NCBI GenBank assembly: GCA_038893835.1
Contig: JAWAQR010000001.1
Coordinates: 32,001 to 96,000, forward strand
Direction of reading: 5' to 3'
Length of the DNA stretch: 64,000 nucleotides
Origin: Archaeoglobaceae archaeon
GTDB lineage: Archaea > Halobacteriota > Archaeoglobi > Archaeoglobales > Archaeoglobaceae
The notes below the pieces were generated by a model. It was not told the origin of the DNA. It was given only the letters and a program-made list of their open reading frames with translations, and did not search any database. The position numbers and the translations under genes were made by a program. This document shows, piece after piece, positions 59,484-64,000 of the stretch. Position 1 is the first letter of the stretch, and each line of letters opens with the position of its first letter.

Positions 59484-60455
59484 AACCGTAACGCCACTGT
59501 CGAATGAAAACTTTGGGAACATCTTTCTCTTCACACCTATTAAGCCATGTGCCAGTATTGGCAGCGCTATGGTTGCATCGACAAAAACCTGAACTTTCTT
59601 GCCCTTGCAACTGATCTTTCCCCAGCTTATTCCCTCTTCAAGAGTGCAGCCACTCAGTCCGCCAAAATGGGGGGAATCTGTTGTTATTTGTATCGCATAA
59701 TCATGACCAGAAACGTTGTAGTTCTTTAGCCTACCAACTATTTCTGTTTGCTGTATGAAGTTCTTTGGAACCCCCCCGCCTATATAGATTACCCCGGTTT
59801 TTTCCGACTTCGCGACTATTTCCGTTAACTCTTCTATATCTTTTATCGTGTCAACAATGCACCTTTTTCTCGCAAGAGAGGCGCCAATGCCTATGGAGCT
59901 ATCTGCAATTGCCGGGCAGAAAATTGGAACTCCCTCCTCATAAGCTGAAATTAGGATTGAATCCTCCTTCGCAATCTTTCTTATCTTCTCCGCAATTCTT
60001 TCTATTATTTCCCTTGAAGAGAGAACTCCTTCTGTTTCCTCAAAAATCTGGGATATCATGAAGTCCAGCAAATTGAACTCCCTTTCTTTGGCAAATACGT
60101 CGTAAATTCTATCTATACCCTGTCTGAATAGCTCCTCATCGCTCACAAAATCGCTTCCCAAGTAATGCTTGAAACCCAGAGCTTCATGGATGTCGTGGAA
60201 TAAGTTTGCTCCAGTTGAAACCAACACGTCGATGAACCTGTTCCTTATAAGCCATGTGAGAACTTTTCTCATTCCTGCTGGAACCATTGCTCCAGCAAGT
60301 CCCATTAGAATTGTTATTCTTTCTTCATTTATCATTTCCAGCCATATCTCAAACGCTTCCCCTAATCTCCTTCCCTGAAATCCTGTGTTGCTCATCGATT
60401 TTAAGAGGTCAAAAAAATTTCTATCCCTAACATCTATCGGAACTGTTGGTCTCAT
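59472..60455 (-). CDS. dys: Deoxyhypusine synthase
   Basis: GFQG, AGAMVPAG, TGANL.HD, DRIYD, PAIADS, GGGVPKN, GGLSG.T..E.ISWGK, DATIALP. Confidence 0.92.
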   Translation of the reverse strand: MRPTVPIDVRDRNFFDLLKSMSNTGFQGRRLGEAFEIWLEMINEERITILMGLAGAMVPAGMRKVLTWLIRNRFIDVLVSTGANLFHDIHEALGFKHYLGSDFVSDEELFRQGIDRIYDVFAKEREFNLLDFMISQIFEETEGVLSSREIIERIAEKIRKIAKEDSILISAYEEGVPIFCPAIADSSIGIGASLARKRCIVDTIKDIEELTEIVAKSEKTGVIYIGGGVPKNFIQQTEIVGRLKNYNVSGHDYAIQITTDSPHFGGLSGCTLEEGISWGKISCKGKKVQVFVDATIALPILAHGLIGVKRKMFPKFSFDSGVTVSFS

Positions 60456-61015
60456 ATCACGAATACTGCTGCAGCTAAAACAGTTGTATATTCATTCTCC
60501 CCAACTTCGGCAATGGCGGTGATGTTGAAAGTTTTTGCAGGTTCTATGTCAAAGGCAGTCCTTAGCATATAAGCTGCCATTTCTTCAGCATGTCTTCCTT
60601 CTTCTCCATTACAGTAGCCATGGTATTCAGTGAGATAACCATTGAGGTTCGGATTCTCAGGAATTGCGACGCCTATGCTTGCAAATATTTTCTTTCCAGC
60701 CTCACAACTCGTCATGCGTGACATAACGCAAAAAACTATTTGTCCTGGATAGAGATCTTTAAGCCCCTCTTCTTTTGTCACTATCTCACAGCCGGGAGGA
60801 AAAATGCTGCTAACGGTCACTAAATTGAACTTCTCAATTCCAGCATCCCTTAACGCTAGTTCAAAGCTTACTAGCTGGTCAGGGTGTTTTCCAACACCTA
60901 AAGTAAAAAAGACTTTTCTTGGCAATAATCTGCTTTCAGAGGCAAATCCAAAGCCAATTACTTTGCTTCTGTTCTGTTTATATCCCATCAATCCCGACTC
61001 AGACGTTTCCAACAT
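60452..61015 (-). CDS. pdaD: Pyruvoyl-dependent arginine decarboxylase
   Basis: PRKVFFT.G.G.H, SFE.ALRDAGIEKFNLV.VSSI.PP (SS cleavage site), GY..E; start uncertain. Confidence 0.88.
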   Translation of the reverse strand: MLETSESGLMGYKQNRSKVIGFGFASESRLLPRKVFFTLGVGKHPDQLVSFELALRDAGIEKFNLVTVSSIFPPGCEIVTKEEGLKDLYPGQIVFCVMSRMTSCEAGKKIFASIGVAIPENPNLNGYLTEYHGYCNGEEGRHAEEMAAYMLRTAFDIEPAKTFNITAIAEVGENEYTTVLAAAVFVI

Positions 61016-61451
61016 GTCCTTTCACTGGGATAATTGCTATTAGATAAGTATTTAAACTTTTCTATTGTTTTGAACCTGTAAACTTGGAAAAGTTGCGTAA
61101 TAGTCATTTAAATCAAAAACAGAGCCGTTTTAACTAAATTACGACATATTATTAAATAAATAAATAGAAATTTGATGTCTCGATTAAACGAGTTCTACCC
61201 GCAAAAGCTTTCTTTAAAATAAAGGAAATAGAAAATGGTCAGAATTAGATTAATTTTTTTACAGCAAATCTTATAAAAATAATTTAAAAAGCAATAATCC
61301 TGAAATCATCCACCCTTCCACGTTCTTTTCAATTTAAAAGTTTTTTAAGTCCAAGGGGGCAAATGAGTTCACCCAGAAGAGCTCTTCCAATTTTCCTCCT
61401 TTCAATCATAAAACAAAAAGGATATATTCTTCGGGTTTCAAAAGAGTTCCG

Positions 61452-62333
61452 GTGATTGAGAACTGGGAAGAATACATTGTTTTTGAGAGAGAACTTGAAA
61501 AATTCGTTGAGGTAGTTGAGGCTAATCCAAAAATCAAAAAAGCTTTGAAATACGTGATTTTTTCAGGAGGAAAGCGTGTAAGACCCCTTATCGTGCTTTT
61601 AAGCGGTAAGATGTTAGGTGGAAGTTATGATATGCTGATGAATCTTGCAATCGCCGTTGAATTAATACATACGGCGAGTCTCGTTCATGACGATATAATC
61701 GACAGAGCAATGGTTAGAAGAAGTAGAAAGCCTCTTCACGTAGAATACGATTTGGCTTTAGCTTTAATTTTTGGCGATTGGCTGATTTCAAAATCCGTAG
61801 AGTTGACAGCCGTTTATGGCAAAGAAGTGATAGAGGAATCTGCAAGAGTTGGAGCTATGATGAGCGAGGGAGAGATATTGGATTACTACAGCGTAAAAGA
61901 ACCTTTTACAGAAAAAGACTACTTCGAATGTATCGAGAAGAAAACAGCTGCTCTTTTTGCTTATTCTGCAAAAACTGCCTGTAAAATAGTTTCCAATGAT
62001 GAGGAGGCTGTTAGAAAATTGTATGATTATGGTTACAATCTTGGCATGGCGTATCAACTTGTTGACGATCTACTCGAGTATCTAAGGACGCTTAATGACA
62101 AAAGTTCGGAATTCGAATCTCGTACACTTCCTCAGATATATGAGGAAAAGTTTGGCAGAGAAATTGCGGTAGAAAGGATCCTTTCAATGATTAGGGATCT
62201 ATCGAAAAAGAGTATTTCCAGCCTAAACGGATTTCCTGAAAGGGAAGAAAAGGAAAAATTAAAGATGATAGTTCGTTATATGACGGAAGACATCCTGAAT
62301 AGAAACGGTTTACCTTTTAAGCTTTTTGAATAG
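61452..62333 (+). CDS. Trans-polyprenyl diphosphate synthase (probably medium/long chain)
   Basis: GGKRVRP, HTASLVHDDIID, RR, GD.L, KTA.LF, G.AYQ.VDD. Confidence 0.88.
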   Translation: MIENWEEYIVFERELEKFVEVVEANPKIKKALKYVIFSGGKRVRPLIVLLSGKMLGGSYDMLMNLAIAVELIHTASLVHDDIIDRAMVRRSRKPLHVEYDLALALIFGDWLISKSVELTAVYGKEVIEESARVGAMMSEGEILDYYSVKEPFTEKDYFECIEKKTAALFAYSAKTACKIVSNDEEAVRKLYDYGYNLGMAYQLVDDLLEYLRTLNDKSSEFESRTLPQIYEEKFGREIAVERILSMIRDLSKKSISSLNGFPEREEKEKLKMIVRYMTEDILNRNGLPFKLFE

Positions 62334-62945
62334 CCTTTCATTGTTCTTGAAAACATTTTCCCAATCCTTTACTCCAGCACCTTTAAGAATTTTTTCTGCC
62401 ATTTTATCGTCGATGATGTCAAAGGGGGAATGAGCATCGGTGTTTAAGACAAGGTTAAATGAGTAAATTTCAGCCATCCTCGCAACATGACCATTTGTCA
62501 AACAATGTCCTTCTCTGCTTGTGATCTCGAGGTAAATTCCATTTTCCCTCGCCTTCTCTGCTTCTTCCTCATTCAATATCCCAGGATGAGCCAGAATGTT
62601 TATTTCCTCATCCAATGCTGAAGAATTTGTTCCTGGAAGAACTGGTTCTACAATCGTTTCTCCATGAACCAATACTATTTCAGCCCCTTCTTTCCATGCT
62701 AGCTCTACAGCTCTTCCAATTAGCTTTGGTGGGACGTGGGTTATTTCCACACCTATCAAAAAATCTATTTCGAACTCAAACTCTCTTAGCTTTTGCAGAT
62801 TTCCGAGAATAAGGGGTATGGTTGAAAAGTCTGCATGATCCGTTATCGCAATTCCCTTGTTTCCCTTTGAAGCTGCCCTACGTATCAGCTCCGAGGGAAT
62901 CAACTCTCCATCACTGAAAATTGAATGGGTATGCAAATCGAACAT
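62310..62945 (-). CDS. PHP-domain protein (histidinol phosphatase-like)
   Basis: DLHTH...SDG, ITDH, GVEITHVPP, HGET.VEPV, LAHPG, TDAH; start MFDLH at 62945. Confidence 0.87.
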   Translation of the reverse strand: MFDLHTHSIFSDGELIPSELIRRAASKGNKGIAITDHADFSTIPLILGNLQKLREFEFEIDFLIGVEITHVPPKLIGRAVELAWKEGAEIVLVHGETIVEPVLPGTNSSALDEEINILAHPGILNEEEAEKARENGIYLEITSREGHCLTNGHVARMAEIYSFNLVLNTDAHSPFDIIDDKMAEKILKGAGVKDWENVFKNNERLFKKLKR

Positions 62946-62981
62946 ACAAAAAATTAATAACAGCGATAAATATCTTTTCCC

Positions 62982-63269
62982 ATGGGTAACATTAGAAGGC
63001 TTGTCCTCGATGTCCTCAAACCCCATACTCCTTCAGTGGTCTTCTTCGCCTCAAAGTTAAGTGAGCTTGAAAACGTAGAAGGTGTGAACATCACTCTCTC
63101 AGAGCTGGATGTGGAAACCGAGTCGATAAAGATCACGATAGTCGGAACAAACCTCGATTTTGAAGAGATAAAAAACCTGATAGAAAGCCTTGGTGGAGTT
63201 GTACATAGCGTTGATGAAGTTGTTGCGGGTAAAAGAATAGTTGAGGCTGTTAGAACTGAACAGGATTAA
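62982..63269 (+). CDS. DUF211-family protein
   Basis: IRRLVLDVLKPH.P, GVNI...E.D.ET, G.VVHSVDEVVAG. Confidence 0.88.
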   Translation: MGNIRRLVLDVLKPHTPSVVFFASKLSELENVEGVNITLSELDVETESIKITIVGTNLDFEEIKNLIESLGGVVHSVDEVVAGKRIVEAVRTEQD

Positions 63270-63337
63270 CTTTCTCATCTACATTTCATAATTAAAAAGC
63301 GGACAAATTTTTTATTTCCCGCTATCAACTTCATTCA

Positions 63338-64000
63338 ATGACTTTGATCGAAGAGGCGAGGAAAGGAATAGCGGATGAATTCGTTAAAGAATGTGCGAGA
63401 ATTGAGGGGATTGAAGTCGATAAACTTTTGAAGCTCATCGCAAAGGGTTATGTTGTAATACCCAAGAACGTCGTTCGGGAATTGGAACCAAGAGCCATAG
63501 GCTTGATGGTGTCAACAAAGGTAAATGCGAACGTTGGAACTTCTGAGGAATACATAAACATAGAAGAAGAAGTTGAGAAGGCAATAGTGGCGCAAAGATA
63601 TGGAGCGGATGCTGTGATGGATCTTTCCACAGGTGGAGATTTGAGGGAGATAAGGAGGAGAATAATGGAAGTTGTAAAAGTTCCATTTGGGACTGTTCCA
63701 GTTTATGAAGCTGCTAGGGATTGCAGGAAGATCGCTGACATCAGCGAGGACGATTTCATCAAAGTAGTTGAAGAGCAGGCTAAAGAAGGAGTAGATTTTA
63801 TGACGATTCATGCTGGGGTCAATTGGATTAGCGTTGAAAGGCTGAAGAGATCGAGAAGACTTTTGGGGATTGTAAGCAGAGGAGGAGCGATAATAGTTGG
63901 ATGGATGCTGCAGAATGAGAAGGAGAACCCATATTATCAGAATTTCGATTACATACTCGATATTCTTAAGGAATACGATGTTACAATAAGCCTTGGCGAT
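63338..64000 (+). CDS. thiC: ThiC-family radical SAM protein (3' end outside window)
   Basis: MTLIEEARKG..., TKVNANVGTS, GADAVMDLSTGGDL, GTVPVY, GVDFMTIHAG, IVSRGG, ENP, SLGD; missing from the ORF track because there is no stop in the window. Confidence 0.85.
   Translation, partial: MTLIEEARKGIADEFVKECARIEGIEVDKLLKLIAKGYVVIPKNVVRELEPRAIGLMVSTKVNANVGTSEEYINIEEEVEKAIVAQRYGADAVMDLSTGGDLREIRRRIMEVVKVPFGTVPVYEAARDCRKIADISEDDFIKVVEEQAKEGVDFMTIHAGVNWISVERLKRSRRLLGIVSRGGAIIVGWMLQNEKENPYYQNFDYILDILKEYDVTISLGD

Noticed and set aside
62946-63026. N-terminal extension of the PHP protein
   Set aside because: Overlaps the divergent DUF211 gene; the motif begins at MFDLHTH.
464-63811. Many 60-190 aa antisense or alternative-frame ORFs in the track
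   Set aside because: Ser/Phe/Ile-rich shadows of purine-rich genes, lacking motifs.
1-64000. CRISPR arrays, IS elements, inteins, tRNA/rRNA, Sec/Pyl recoding
   Set aside because: No repeat-spacer pattern, transposase, integrase, intein-sized insertion, GC-rich structured RNA or conserved in-frame stop was seen by eye.

Overview
Gene-dense, AT-rich archaeal chromosomal segment. Gene content and order (Alba next to hgdBAC, lysC-recJ, MDR1-type metal ABC operon, UPF0200/UPF0201 fusion, CbiHC fusion) resemble my recollection of Archaeoglobales. It is mostly housekeeping: PheT, ArgS, PolB, DNA ligase, PAN, TruD, Nob1, EgsA, DHS and an anaerobic cobalamin (cbi) cluster with a cobalt ECF transporter. 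I saw no rRNA, tRNA, CRISPR array, transposase or integrase. Most notable are (1) a translationally coupled rSAM/SPASM plus B12-binding rSAM pair resembling the tetraether-lipid GMGT synthase/methylase (Gms/Gmm), set head-to-head with a small wHTH regulator and a candidate operator; (2) an unannotated KEOPS Pcc1-like gene with only CTG start candidates, linking RecJ/GAN to a C15orf41/CDIN1-like nuclease; (3) an in-frame CbiO-CbiT fusion that retains an internal RBS and ATG; (4) three probable deletion scars or pseudogene remnants. Family calls come from motif recognition by eye; no database searches were run.
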